A DNA stretch of 60,953 nt from an uncultured Nitrososphaerota archaeon (GCA_964518475.1 CAZFGR010000011.1:1-60953); one strand, 5' to 3'; counted from the first letter of the stretch, positions 40,637-50,693 are shown. Numbers and translations: made by a program. The notes: generated from the sequence alone by a model not told the origin.

Positions 40637-41353
40637 ATGAATGAGGATCTTTTCCCAGTGAAGCTTAAGATTTTACACAGAATCCTAACAGAATATGTAC
40701 CAGAGAAGATCAATTCCACAATTATTTCCGAAAAGTTCGGCTTAAGCATGACTCTTTCAAAAAAGTACGAGAAAGTAGCCAAATGGTTAATCTCTAGAAT
40801 TGGACAGATAGGGAAGTCTTTTGAGGAATTCAAAAATCAGCTCTTAGGAGTTCTTGAAAAAGAATTCTGTTTTTCATCTCTTCTAAGAAAAATGGCCTCT
40901 AATAAGTATCCTCTGAATAGATATTTCGTACAGCTTCTTGTGAAAGAATTATGTGAAAAGGAAATTGATGTCAATACCGCTAGAGCCCTGATTCAGTGGG
41001 CTAAAGAACTAAAACTAGTTGTATTGTTAAGAACTATTGAGTATACTCCAACGGAAAAAGATTTCGTATGGGCATATATCTATTCACGCGGTTCTGTTCC
41101 ATTTTCTGTGCTTGAGAAAAAATTCCCAAATGCTAGGACAATCGTATTAGAGCTTTGGAAAGAAGGGAGAGTATTTATAGAAGGAATTGAAGAGCTTGGA
41201 CTTGATCCCAGTATGATAACAGATTTTGATCGAATTCCAGCAGAGCTCGTTCCAGAAAGCTCTAGATTTATTAGTATTTGGTTAGATGAAACCACTGGTG
41301 AAAGATACGCCAGTATCATTATCCCTCCCAGAACCAAGGTGAATGTTCGATGA
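40637..41353 (+). CDS. hypothetical multi-HTH/winged-helix-like protein (start revised to ATG 40637)
   Basis: AAGGAG SD; ARALIQWAKELKLV and IVLELWKEGRV wHTH-like segments; ATGA overlap with ATPase. Confidence 0.6.
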   Translation: MNEDLFPVKLKILHRILTEYVPEKINSTIISEKFGLSMTLSKKYEKVAKWLISRIGQIGKSFEEFKNQLLGVLEKEFCFSSLLRKMASNKYPLNRYFVQLLVKELCEKEIDVNTARALIQWAKELKLVVLLRTIEYTPTEKDFVWAYIYSRGSVPFSVLEKKFPNARTIVLELWKEGRVFIEGIEELGLDPSMITDFDRIPAELVPESSRFISIWLDETTGERYASIIIPPRTKVNVR

Positions 41354-43017
41354 AGAATGTTCCTGACCAAGTTTCTCATGAAATATCACGAATCAGAGGC
41401 ATTTCGAGCGAGAGGTTACAGGAGATTCTCAAAAAAATCTCTAAAGCATATCCATTCGAGATAAAAAATGATGCTGAACTTCACCTCTTAGCCTATCAGA
41501 AAAAAATTATTAGACATGTTGAGAACATCCTCGCTTCTCTTGCTGATAAAGATTTTAAAGGCTGTTACGCAATTGTTGGGGATGCAGAGTCTGGAAAAAC
41601 GCAATTTGGATACGTTTTATTATACATGGCTAAGAAAATCTATGGACTCCGAACTTTAATGATAAGTGCAAACGATCTCGTTTTCTCAAGAGAAGCTCTA
41701 AGAGCTATTCTAGATAAATCAAAACTTATTATTATTGATGACATTGATCATTTCTTAAGGCCAGGAATTAATAGGTCGATTCTCTCACAAATATTCTCAG
41801 AAATTACTAAATTAGCAGAAAATCACTGCATCATAATTCTTCTACGCCGATCTAGTTGGTATAGTCTCCAGAAAATATTTGGAGTTGAGAAAACGAAGAA
41901 CATAATTACAGTCATTTATGACATTGTCCTATCTCGTAATGAATTGTTTAAACTAGTTCCAGAGATAACCGTAAGATTCGTCGCTATGAATATTCTAGTT
42001 AATGAAACTACTTCTTTATCCTCAAAATCACCAATGTTTATCAGGAACGTAATCTCATTTTGCAGAGATGTCTGTTCAGACCTCATAAGAAATAACACTA
42101 TTAACAGCATAAGGAAACTTCTGTTAATTTTATCTAATCTCTACAAATTTAGTATCCATGAAATCACTAGAGAGAAAATACCAAGAGCCCGTGCTCTGGA
42201 AAAGGCTGTAAACGAGTCCTTATTAGGTGTATTAGCTGATGTCTTAGAAAGATTAGCGGGAATATTGTCGATTTCAGACAAAACTGTTAACGTACAAGTA
42301 TCTATGTTAGATAAGAGGAAAATTATGGTAAAAGTTGATAACCAAGCTCTAGATGTCACGGTTCAACCATTAAGGTATCGAGGAGACACTGATTTTCAGA
42401 ACCAGGTTCTCTTCGAGAAGAATGTTCTTATGATTATACTTTATGAAGGCGAGGAATACTATAAGGCATTAATTGAATTTTTAAAGCTATTTGTAAAGGC
42501 TCTTAGGGAAAAGGATAGCTTTCTAGTACCCTCAATCATCTCTTATAGAGTTGCTCGTTACATTTCTATTATCAACCCTGAAACGCAGAAATACTTATTG
42601 CTTAGATGGCAAAAACTCGGTGAGAAGTTACTTGAATGTTTAAAACTTATAGTTTTAAATTATTCCCTTGAAAAAGAAACTTCCTTAGAAAGAAAATTAC
42701 TACTGCTTAGCGACTTTGTTTTCTCTATTTTGCGTCTTATTAATCATAGAATTCAATACAACCTCCTTAAAGATCTTTTAGTAACCGTTATGGATCGCTA
42801 TCTGGTTCCATCTTTCGAAAAAACTCGTCCCGACATTATGGGATCCCTCACGGATAGTATATTTAGGATCCTTGAAAATGGAAGAATTATTAAGTGGTAT
42901 CCAGGAGCGCCTAGCGTGATTATCGATAAAAGAATACTGAGCCAGATTAAGAATCTCACAAAAATTCGGGAGAAGTTAGTGAAGGAATTATCTTTTAGAC
43001 TTCGTTTCGCGCTCTAA
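41350..43017 (+). CDS. P-loop (AAA+-like) ATPase
   Basis: AIVGDAESGKT Walker A, LIIIDDID Walker B. Confidence 0.75.
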   Translation: MKNVPDQVSHEISRIRGISSERLQEILKKISKAYPFEIKNDAELHLLAYQKKIIRHVENILASLADKDFKGCYAIVGDAESGKTQFGYVLLYMAKKIYGLRTLMISANDLVFSREALRAILDKSKLIIIDDIDHFLRPGINRSILSQIFSEITKLAENHCIIILLRRSSWYSLQKIFGVEKTKNIITVIYDIVLSRNELFKLVPEITVRFVAMNILVNETTSLSSKSPMFIRNVISFCRDVCSDLIRNNTINSIRKLLLILSNLYKFSIHEITREKIPRARALEKAVNESLLGVLADVLERLAGILSISDKTVNVQVSMLDKRKIMVKVDNQALDVTVQPLRYRGDTDFQNQVLFEKNVLMIILYEGEEYYKALIEFLKLFVKALREKDSFLVPSIISYRVARYISIINPETQKYLLLRWQKLGEKLLECLKLIVLNYSLEKETSLERKLLLLSDFVFSILRLINHRIQYNLLKDLLVTVMDRYLVPSFEKTRPDIMGSLTDSIFRILENGRIIKWYPGAPSVIIDKRILSQIKNLTKIREKLVKELSFRLRFAL

Positions 43018-43546
43018 AGATGTTAGGGGACATGAAAGGCGCCATTGCACATACGGTAGCATCTTCAAATGCTTTAACACGATCATAGATCCTACTAGTT
43101 AATACTCCGATAGCACCAATACTATCACCAACTCGCTTAATTCCGCTTATTTGTTCCATAATCTCTTCTAATTCTCTAGCTTTTCCCTTTACTAATAAAT
43201 CCCAAATATAATCAGGTAAAGGTACAGAGATAGAAGATGCCAGACCCAACTTTTTCCCATCATATACTGCAACCCACCCTTTTACAAAAACACCAAAAGA
43301 GTACTTTACAACGCCTCCTTCTAGTCCAACGCTAAAATCTGGTTTCAAGATTTCATAGGCTCTTTTAGCTCTATTGATCGCACCTCTCACCATTTCTTCA
43401 TCGCTCAAGGGCTGTATAGAAACTCCTGAAGAGACTTTTATCCCTTGCACTTTTATATGCTGACCAAAGATCTTTTTAAAAGCGTTTTCAACAGCCTTTA
43501 TTTTTGCAGGATTCGTTGATCCGACAGCGATCAATAACGCTTTCAT
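42995..43546 (-). CDS. yjjX: non-canonical purine NTP phosphatase (ITP/XTPase, DUF84)
   Basis: VGSTNPAKIKAV, SGVSIQP, GAINRA, VGLEGG, GAIGVLT. Confidence 0.92.
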   Translation of the reverse strand: MKALLIAVGSTNPAKIKAVENAFKKIFGQHIKVQGIKVSSGVSIQPLSDEEMVRGAINRAKRAYEILKPDFSVGLEGGVVKYSFGVFVKGWVAVYDGKKLGLASSISVPLPDYIWDLLVKGKARELEEIMEQISGIKRVGDSIGAIGVLTSRIYDRVKAFEDATVCAMAPFMSPNIFRARNEV

Positions 43547-43627
43547 AATTACTGCCTCGAAAACTATAACTAAAATCTTAATTTAGCTAATTCTCACAAG
43601 GATAAAAATTTAGTAATATGAATTTGG

Positions 43628-43684
43628 ATGATGAGAAAGGGAGTCAGGGACTCTAGGAATAATGACCGAACCCGCCGGTACTGA
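43628..43684 (+). ncRNA. probable box C/D guide sRNA
   Basis: ATGATGA-gaaagggagtcagggact-(CTAG)-ga-ATAATGA-ccgaacccgccggta-CTGA; GC-rich guides in AT-rich spacer; internal boxes degenerate. Confidence 0.7.
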
Positions 43685-43889
43685 CAGTTTAAGGCCCTTA
43701 TAGTCAAATTCTCTTTATGGCACCATTATATAACACTATTACAATTTCTAGTGATGTAACTAGGGCTATGCTGTATTATGGAGGAAGAGGATTATTTCCG
43801 GACAATATATTCGAGCTGACAGATAGCACTCCCGATTGCCAGCTAAAAATTTGGTTAAAACTTTGAAAAGGTTTTACAAAAGATACGAG

Positions 43890-45443
43890 CTAGTAGCTTA
43901 TACGAAGTATTTTTCCTCCTAATATTAATCCTTGAGACCTCACATTCCTAGCGTCTTTTTCGATCTCAGCTAAGTTTTTTGCTGATAAAATTGTTAAATC
44001 AGCGATTTTTCCTACCTCTATAGTGCCGCGTAGATCTTCTTGGTGCGCTATAAAAGCTGAACCGTATGTGTACGCGTACAGAGCCTCTCTCCCCGATAAT
44101 CTATTAGTTTTTACTGGATGAGATACTGCCCCATAGAGTCCATATATTGGATCTAGAGGCATACAATCGCTTCCAAAACCAAGAGGAATGCCTTCGTCTA
44201 ATATTTTCTTAAAGGGGTTCATTATTTTCCATCTATCTCTTCCTAATCTCTTCTCATACATCCCTCCAGGCATTTGCCATTCCGCAACAAAGTTTGGTTG
44301 TGCTGAAATGGCGATACCTAGTTTTTTTACTTTTTTAAGATGCTCATCCCATGCTATTTCGAAATGTTCAATTCTGTGTCTAAGATCTTTAGATACTTGG
44401 GCTTTTGCTAGACATTCTATTACTTGATCTATTGCTCTATCACCTATAGCGTGAATAGCCATTTGAAGTCCTGCTTTATCTGCCTTTCTGAATATTTCTT
44501 CTAATTCTTCTTCAGAGAAGAAGAGGATCCCCATATTTGAGGGATCGTCATGATAGGGCTCTCTCAAAGCCGCTGTTCTAGCCCCTATAGAACCATCAGC
44601 AAAAATTTTAACCCCACCTATAATAATTTTAGAGCCTCCAAGTCCTCGTTGAATTCCTAGTTCGATAAGTTTGTCTAAATACTCTACGAGAATAAAGCCG
44701 TACACTGTGAAAGGAATCAGGCCTTTTTCACCAGCCATTGCAAGTATAATTAGTTGTTCTAGAGATAAAGTCTCGTGAACCATACTGATTCCTAACTCTT
44801 GGATCTTTTTAACAGTCTTTTCTAATCCCTTTAACACAACTTCAAACTTTACTTCGAGCCGTCGCTGTGCGTACTCTAGTGCGTGCTCTTTAATAACTCC
44901 TGTCGGCTCGCCTTTCTTGTCTTTTTCCAAACCTATTATCTTCTCTGGAATATTCAGCAATTTCATTGCTGGAGAATTAATGATTGCCATGTGTCCATCT
45001 ATTCTCCTTATAAATACAGGATTATTCGGAGCTACTTCATCAAGTTCTTTTTTTGTCGGATACCTCTTCTCATCGCTCCATTTTGACTCATCCCAAGAAT
45101 GACCGAGAATCCAATTACCAGGACCCACTTTCTCAGCGTACTCAGATATTATTCTCAATAATTCCCGTAAGCTTTTGACCTTCGACAAATCGAGCCAGCC
45201 AGCCCGAGCAGCCATACCTAAAATATGTGTATGCGCGTCTATAAATGCGGGAATAATCATTCTCCCTCTACAATCTACGATAACAGTTTTTGTTGATAAG
45301 TAATTCTTAGCATCCTCACCAATACCTACTATGGCGCCTTCTTTAATAGCTAATGCGTCAAAGTACTCATCACGCTTAGGATCATATACCTTAGCGTTAA
45401 CTAAAATAATATCCGCAGTTTCTCTTTCAAAGCAATTTTGCAT
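43890..45443 (-). CDS. amidohydrolase family 3 (YtcJ-like)
   Basis: PAFIDAHTH, KIFADGSIGARTA, HAIGDRA, HRIEH, FGSD. Confidence 0.93.
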   Translation of the reverse strand: MQNCFERETADIILVNAKVYDPKRDEYFDALAIKEGAIVGIGEDAKNYLSTKTVIVDCRGRMIIPAFIDAHTHILGMAARAGWLDLSKVKSLRELLRIISEYAEKVGPGNWILGHSWDESKWSDEKRYPTKKELDEVAPNNPVFIRRIDGHMAIINSPAMKLLNIPEKIIGLEKDKKGEPTGVIKEHALEYAQRRLEVKFEVVLKGLEKTVKKIQELGISMVHETLSLEQLIILAMAGEKGLIPFTVYGFILVEYLDKLIELGIQRGLGGSKIIIGGVKIFADGSIGARTAALREPYHDDPSNMGILFFSEEELEEIFRKADKAGLQMAIHAIGDRAIDQVIECLAKAQVSKDLRHRIEHFEIAWDEHLKKVKKLGIAISAQPNFVAEWQMPGGMYEKRLGRDRWKIMNPFKKILDEGIPLGFGSDCMPLDPIYGLYGAVSHPVKTNRLSGREALYAYTYGSAFIAHQEDLRGTIEVGKIADLTILSAKNLAEIEKDARNVRSQGLILGGKILRISY

Positions 45444-45548
45444 CTTTTATAACCCCCTTATATTTATATTAAGAAAAGCCGAAGTCATAGCAATATATTT
45501 ATTCCACATAATCCTCAATCTATATATTGTGCCATTTCTTAAAACTGT

Positions 45549-46127
45549 TTGATAAGGTGTTTCCATATGAGTGAAAGAATGCGGCTCTCAACTGGTTTTG
45601 TTAGAGCTGCTGGATATGCTAATAAGTTAAGAAGAACTCTAATTGCTTTAACTAAGGGGATTATTGAGCCAGCGGAGGCTGCTAGAAAAGCTGCCGTAAT
45701 AAACATGAGGCTATTTGATGTTTTTAGAGAGAAAGGAATTGATAAAGGAGATGTCGTTAGGATTATTTTCGAGTTTGACATAGTTGATAAAGACGGAAAG
45801 AAAGATATTCAAGTAGACTGGAACACGATGTCAATTGAAGTTTATAAGAACGCCGGAGTTATAACTGGAATTACACCACCAGAAGAAGTCGCTGCGGAGG
45901 CTCAGACAGCAGTCGTAGGGGAGTGGCGTGAATTTGAATATGACGATGAAATCTTTAAGAAACTAAAGCTTAAGGCAGAGGAAATTATCAAAACAGATAC
46001 TGGATATACGCTAAGAGCGTCCGATTTCGAAGCAGAAGTTATTGATAAGGAGAAAATTAGAATTAAATATACAGGACCACCCGAGAAAGTGAACGAATTT
46101 TATGTTGAAGTACTTAGTAGCGAATAG
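45549..46127 (+). CDS. DUF2258 / ThermoDBP-related single-stranded nucleic-acid-binding protein with C-terminal extension
   Basis: LSTGFVRAAGYANKLRRTL...IDKGDVVRIIFEF. Confidence 0.8.
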   Translation: MIRCFHMSERMRLSTGFVRAAGYANKLRRTLIALTKGIIEPAEAARKAAVINMRLFDVFREKGIDKGDVVRIIFEFDIVDKDGKKDIQVDWNTMSIEVYKNAGVITGITPPEEVAAEAQTAVVGEWREFEYDDEIFKKLKLKAEEIIKTDTGYTLRASDFEAEVIDKEKIRIKYTGPPEKVNEFYVEVLSSE

Positions 46128-46155
46128 TCTATATTAATAGAATAGCTACCAATTT

Positions 46156-46491
46156 TTATTTTCTTATCACTGAGTATATCTTTAACGTGGCATCTGAACT
46201 ATCTTGAATGAGTTCTAGATAACCTGCTTCTCGAAGAGCTTCTAGTAATCTCTTTGCTGTTGAGACTTTTATATTGTACTTCTGAGCAAGGTAGTTAGGA
46301 GTGACCACTCTACTTCTTAATACATCCTCAAAGATTTTCTTTAGTAACTCTGGTTCTGGCCAATGAGCTCTTAGTATCAGTTTATACTCCCTTGTTCGTC
46401 CCCAGAGGACTTTCCTTACCAATCCTTCCCAAATGTCCCCCTTAGGACTCTTCTCAAAAACCCTTCTTACGATTTTTCCTCTCATTGGCAT
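46156..46491 (-). CDS. rps25e: 30S ribosomal protein eS25
   Basis: VVTPNYLAQKYNIKVSTAKRLLEALREAGYL...KIY. Confidence 0.8.
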   Translation of the reverse strand: MPMRGKIVRRVFEKSPKGDIWEGLVRKVLWGRTREYKLILRAHWPEPELLKKIFEDVLRSRVVTPNYLAQKYNIKVSTAKRLLEALREAGYLELIQDSSDATLKIYSVIRK

Positions 46492-46564
46492 TAATTATCC
46501 CCTCTGAAAGTTTCCTTGAACTAGTTTAGAAGTATTGCATTAGGATGAAATTAAAGTTTATTGT

Positions 46565-47293
46565 TCAATTAGACTCTAAGAGATCTTCCATATTGATTTC
46601 TTCTAACATAGTTTTTATGAATATCCTTATTTTGTTAGCACGTTTTTCAGCGATACTACGTCCTGTTTTTGTGTTCATCAAATCAGCTAGTTTTAGTATT
46701 TTGTGATAAAAGTGTGCTAAGCTACCTTTATCTCTCATATTAAATGGGTCGTAGATCTCTCTTCCCTTGTATCCACCATATGCGAAGATGCGTGCTGCAC
46801 CGATGAATCCTAGGGCATCTAATTTATCAGCATCTTGTAAAATTGCTGACTCTAACGAACTTGGCTTTTTATCCCTTGAATACCTATGTTCTTCGATAAT
46901 TTTCGCCACAGAACTCGCGAAGTTTCTCTCAAAACCTTCGTTGCTTAATACCTCATAAGCTATCTTAGCTGATAATTCAGCGTGATCCCCTCCAGCCCTC
47001 TCCTCGATTACACGAGCAATATCGTGCAAAAGACTAGCCAAAAATATTTTTCTAACATCAGCCCCTTCCCTAAAGGCTATAAATGTAGCTAACTCCGCAA
47101 CCCTGAAACAGTGCTCGATTTCATGGCCGGGAATAATATAGTAGTTTACCTTCTTCAGTGCTTCTATAATAATCTGGGCGATTTGGTCCAGATTCAAGTC
47201 AATTAAGTTCCTTGGAATCCCTAGTCTCTCCAACTTTTTGAGGCTTTCTTCTAATCTTTTTCTAAATGTCCCTTTAAGTTCTTCTACTCCCAT
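46565..47293 (-). CDS. HD-domain phosphohydrolase
   Basis: H..RV, LLHDI, LQDADKLDALG, HFYHKIL. Confidence 0.92.
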   Translation of the reverse strand: MGVEELKGTFRKRLEESLKKLERLGIPRNLIDLNLDQIAQIIIEALKKVNYYIIPGHEIEHCFRVAELATFIAFREGADVRKIFLASLLHDIARVIEERAGGDHAELSAKIAYEVLSNEGFERNFASSVAKIIEEHRYSRDKKPSSLESAILQDADKLDALGFIGAARIFAYGGYKGREIYDPFNMRDKGSLAHFYHKILKLADLMNTKTGRSIAEKRANKIRIFIKTMLEEINMEDLLESN

Positions 47294-47309
47294 CTCCTAA
47301 ATCCCGAGT

Positions 47310-47672
47310 TTATTCCTCTTTTCGCAGCGGAATAATGCACAGAAAGACCCAGTCCTCGTTTCCTATGTTCTCGTACCAATGAGGAACGTCTGGTGGGACG
47401 AATAATACTGATCCCTCGGAAACCTCATAGACTCTGTCCCCAATCCCTACTCGACCTTTTCCTTTAAGCACATATATTTCATGCTCATACCAGTGTGCGT
47501 GTTTTGGAATTTTACCATTTGGTTTTATAGTAAATCTTCTCATTGCGAAGTTTTCTGCTCCATCTTCCTTGGATATAAGCCATTGAATGTATGCTCCAGT
47601 AGCACCTTCAAATTCTACTTCTTGCATCGGGACTTCATCAGCTTTTTTAATAACTTCCTTAACCATATTCAA
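47310..47672 (-). CDS. cupin domain protein
   Basis: HAHWYEHE, VPHWYEN. Confidence 0.92.
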   Translation of the reverse strand: MNMVKEVIKKADEVPMQEVEFEGATGAYIQWLISKEDGAENFAMRRFTIKPNGKIPKHAHWYEHEIYVLKGKGRVGIGDRVYEVSEGSVLFVPPDVPHWYENIGNEDWVFLCIIPLRKEE

Positions 47673-47785
47673 TCACCACCAAAATGGTAGGAGTTAAAAG
47701 TAGTATATCGAACCGGATGATATAAGGTTAATATATCAATAAAACGTTCTTCGTTTCTAGCTTATAAACCCTTGCTTAGAAGAAG

Positions 47786-49834
47786 GTGGATATCTTGCGT
47801 ATACACGCAGTATTGCTGATATACATCATCTTAGTTCCTATAACATTTTCACCATACATATCTCCGCACATTGGAAAGATCTCGAAAGCTTATGCATCGG
47901 TTCAAGAAAACTCTTCCTTAACGTTCAACGCCACAGCACCACCGGTTTTAATTAATCTCGATGGAGATGCTACATTTGAGGCTCTCATTGTTTCAAATGA
48001 CTCTTTAATAGCGTACGATATAGTCTCCAATAACACGTTATGGAAATATACGCTTGAAGATAGCGTTTTTGTTTCTTCTCCTTTGATAGCCGATTTGAAT
48101 GGAGATGGACAATTAGAAATAGTATTACTAGATTCCTTAGGTAATCTAGTATTTCTAGGAACCAATGGCACATTCATTATGAAGACCTCCACAGAAGTTC
48201 CAGTAGGTAATAAAGTTTATCATCCAATAATCCTTGATAGCGATCTAAATGGCGAGTTAGATGTTTCTGTAATCAGCAATGATGCAATCATAGGCTACTC
48301 TTTCTGGGGCAAGGGTAGTAAAATAACATTTCCAACAAGCATTGAGAACCGTTTGCTTCTAGTAGACATTTACCAGAACTTGACTTACTATTTTGTGACC
48401 GCTTCTTCGGACTCTATACTGTATCGCCGATTATCCGAAGAAACATTCTATAGTATTCCGATAAGTGACACGGTGTATTTAGGAGTAGGTAATATAACTA
48501 AGGACAATTTTACTGATCTAATAGCTATCACTAAGGGTGGTAGGGTACTATATACTAGACCAGATATCGCTAAAGAACAATCATTAGAAAAAAGCATTAC
48601 ACTGAATGAACTTCCAATATTCCCACCTGTGGCAGCGGATCTGAATGGAGATCTACTAGATGAAGTTCTGGTCATAACTAGCGGATACTTATACATTTTA
48701 GGAGCTAATGATACGGGATACTTAGTAATAGAGAAGAAGTACTTCATTAGTTCTCTCCCTACGAGCCCACCAGTTATCTTATATCCTCAGAACGGGAATA
48801 ATACATATGCCCTTCTAACATTCTCAAATGGGAGCGTAGTTATTGTTAATACTACACATACAGAAGTACTAGCTACTCAATTAGATAATCCTCGATGGCC
48901 TCTTATTGCTGATATAAACAATGATAACAATGTGGATGCATTAATAATGACTAATAATGGCTTTTCATTAATTCTGAATATCACTGGCGGTAAAGCATTC
49001 TGGATGTGTTATATGCATGATTACCATAGAACGAATTATTACAATACTCCAAAAGACACTGATGGAGATGGATTCCCAGACGCCTACGAAATAGGACGTG
49101 CATTAGATGCTACAGATTCAGATACCGACAATGATTTCATCAATGATTATACTGAGTATCTTATAGGAACTAACGCTACAACGCAAGATACTGATGGGGA
49201 TGGACTTTCTGACTCTGATGAATTATTTACTTATCACACAGATCCCATAGTAAACGATACTGACATGGACGGCATGCCCGATGGATGGGAAGTGAAGTAC
49301 CATCTAGACCCACTAAACCCAGCTGATAATGCAACTGATATTGATGGCGATGGACTAACAAATCTCGAAGAATACAATCATGGAACTGATCCGAGAAAAG
49401 TGGACACAGACGGAGATGGCATGCCCGATGGATGGGAAGTGAAGTACCATCTAGACCCACTGAAAAAAGATGGATACATGGATCCGGATAATGACGGTTT
49501 ATGCAACTATGATGAGTATAGGTATGGAACTGATCCTCGAAATCCAGATACTGATAACGACGGATTAACTGATTACGTTGAATGCAAAGTGTACAGAACG
49601 GATCCATTAGACCCAGATACCGACAATGATGGATTAACGGATTATCAAGAAGTATTACTCGGTAGCAATCCATTAGAACCCGATAGTGATGGCGATTCAA
49701 TAATAGACAGCCAAGACCAATATCCATTGGATCCAACGAACGGCCTTTTGAAAATATTCTTGCTAATTCTCTTGCTAGCTTTAAGCCTCATAGCATTTGG
49801 GATAATAGTGTATAAAGGGCGCGGAAGAAAATAA
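47786..49834 (+). CDS. cell-surface protein: FG-GAP propeller + DxDxDG (TSP3-like) Ca-binding repeats, C-terminal TM anchor
   Basis: N-terminal hydrophobic signal, ADLNGDG repeats, about ten DTDGDG/DTDNDG repeats, TM plus KGRGRK tail, many NxT/S sequons. Confidence 0.85.
   Translation: MDILRIHAVLLIYIILVPITFSPYISPHIGKISKAYASVQENSSLTFNATAPPVLINLDGDATFEALIVSNDSLIAYDIVSNNTLWKYTLEDSVFVSSPLIADLNGDGQLEIVLLDSLGNLVFLGTNGTFIMKTSTEVPVGNKVYHPIILDSDLNGELDVSVISNDAIIGYSFWGKGSKITFPTSIENRLLLVDIYQNLTYYFVTASSDSILYRRLSEETFYSIPISDTVYLGVGNITKDNFTDLIAITKGGRVLYTRPDIAKEQSLEKSITLNELPIFPPVAADLNGDLLDEVLVITSGYLYILGANDTGYLVIEKKYFISSLPTSPPVILYPQNGNNTYALLTFSNGSVVIVNTTHTEVLATQLDNPRWPLIADINNDNNVDALIMTNNGFSLILNITGGKAFWMCYMHDYHRTNYYNTPKDTDGDGFPDAYEIGRALDATDSDTDNDFINDYTEYLIGTNATTQDTDGDGLSDSDELFTYHTDPIVNDTDMDGMPDGWEVKYHLDPLNPADNATDIDGDGLTNLEEYNHGTDPRKVDTDGDGMPDGWEVKYHLDPLKKDGYMDPDNDGLCNYDEYRYGTDPRNPDTDNDGLTDYVECKVYRTDPLDPDTDNDGLTDYQEVLLGSNPLEPDSDGDSIIDSQDQYPLDPTNGLLKIFLLILLLALSLIAFGIIVYKGRGRK
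49271..49461 (+). repeat. 44-bp exact intragenic direct repeat (49271-49314 and 49418-49461)
   Basis: ggcatgcccgatggatgggaagtgaagtaccatctagacccact occurs twice, 147 bp apart. Confidence 0.9.
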
Positions 49835-49917
49835 TTCGTTCCTTAAAATTTCTTCAATTTTTAGTTAATACTACGGTTATGCTCTGGTAATGCTGGCTAT
49901 GAGGTAATGAATTGCGG

Positions 49918-49968
49918 TCAGTGCCGTCACCATTCTTCATTATTCTCAGGAGGCAGATCTCTCTTCAT
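49918..49968 (-). ncRNA. box C/D guide sRNA
   Basis: ATGAAGA-gagatctgcctc-CTGA-gaata-ATGAAGA-atggtgacggca-CTGA; two 12-nt guides. Confidence 0.87.
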
Positions 49969-50132
49969 CCCGCTTATTATTACTAAGTAGGTTTATTGGG
50001 TATAAATCATATTAGAAGACAAGATATTCTGCAGCTACGACTGTATCTTAAAAAGGTAAACAAGATGAAGCATCATTCTCTTTCTCATTCTTAATCCGTT
50101 GTCCTCAATAAAAAATATGAATATGAAGAAAA

Positions 50133-50690
50133 CTAGAGGGGTCTCTCTGGTAGGATGGCGTAAAAGAAGACGATTGTTATGAAAAGCGATAGTATTCCAC
50201 CAATGACAAGGCCTAGAAATTGCAGGAACATAAAGACCGAAACAAAGAAGATAGCAGCAAGCACCGCATCCAGTACTAGGAGAGTTTTGCTACGCCTAGC
50301 CCTAAACCTCCACGAAATATGATGAAGTAATTCAATAAAAAGGACTTCCGAAAAGATTACTAGAAGAGAGAGATCATATATCGAACTAATTGTCACCCGT
50401 GTTACTAGCAAATACACAATTGATAATATTGTGGCTCCAAACAAGCCGTACTTTATTACTTCTATCAATGTTGTTCGGAACTTGATTATTATAGGGAATA
50501 GAAAAGCTAGCGAGAATAGAAGCGTTGTCACTGCTAACTTTATATCTAACATTTCGTTAATAACCAATTGATACATTACTAAGGAGATTATAAGTGTCAA
50601 AATTACGTAGATAAGGACTTGAATGGGCCTAGAAGGTCTATAAGTCTCCTCAAGCTCCTCACTAATTATAAATTCTACGTCTTCAGACAT
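50133..50690 (-). CDS. membrane protein (about 6 TM)
   Basis: hydrophobic ORF directly downstream of 50694-51647. Confidence 0.72.
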   Translation of the reverse strand: MSEDVEFIISEELEETYRPSRPIQVLIYVILTLIISLVMYQLVINEMLDIKLAVTTLLFSLAFLFPIIIKFRTTLIEVIKYGLFGATILSIVYLLVTRVTISSIYDLSLLVIFSEVLFIELLHHISWRFRARRSKTLLVLDAVLAAIFFVSVFMFLQFLGLVIGGILSLFITIVFFYAILPERPL

Positions 50691-50693
50691 TTC

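Noticed and set aside
43751-43819. Second C/D-like unit (GTGATGT...CTGT...ATGGAG...CGGA/CTGA)
   Set aside because: All boxes are degenerate and no target was recognised; not supportable without expression data
49050-49740. CRISPR-like periodic repeats
   Set aside because: Repeats are coding DxDxDG units within an ORF; no spacers or cas genes
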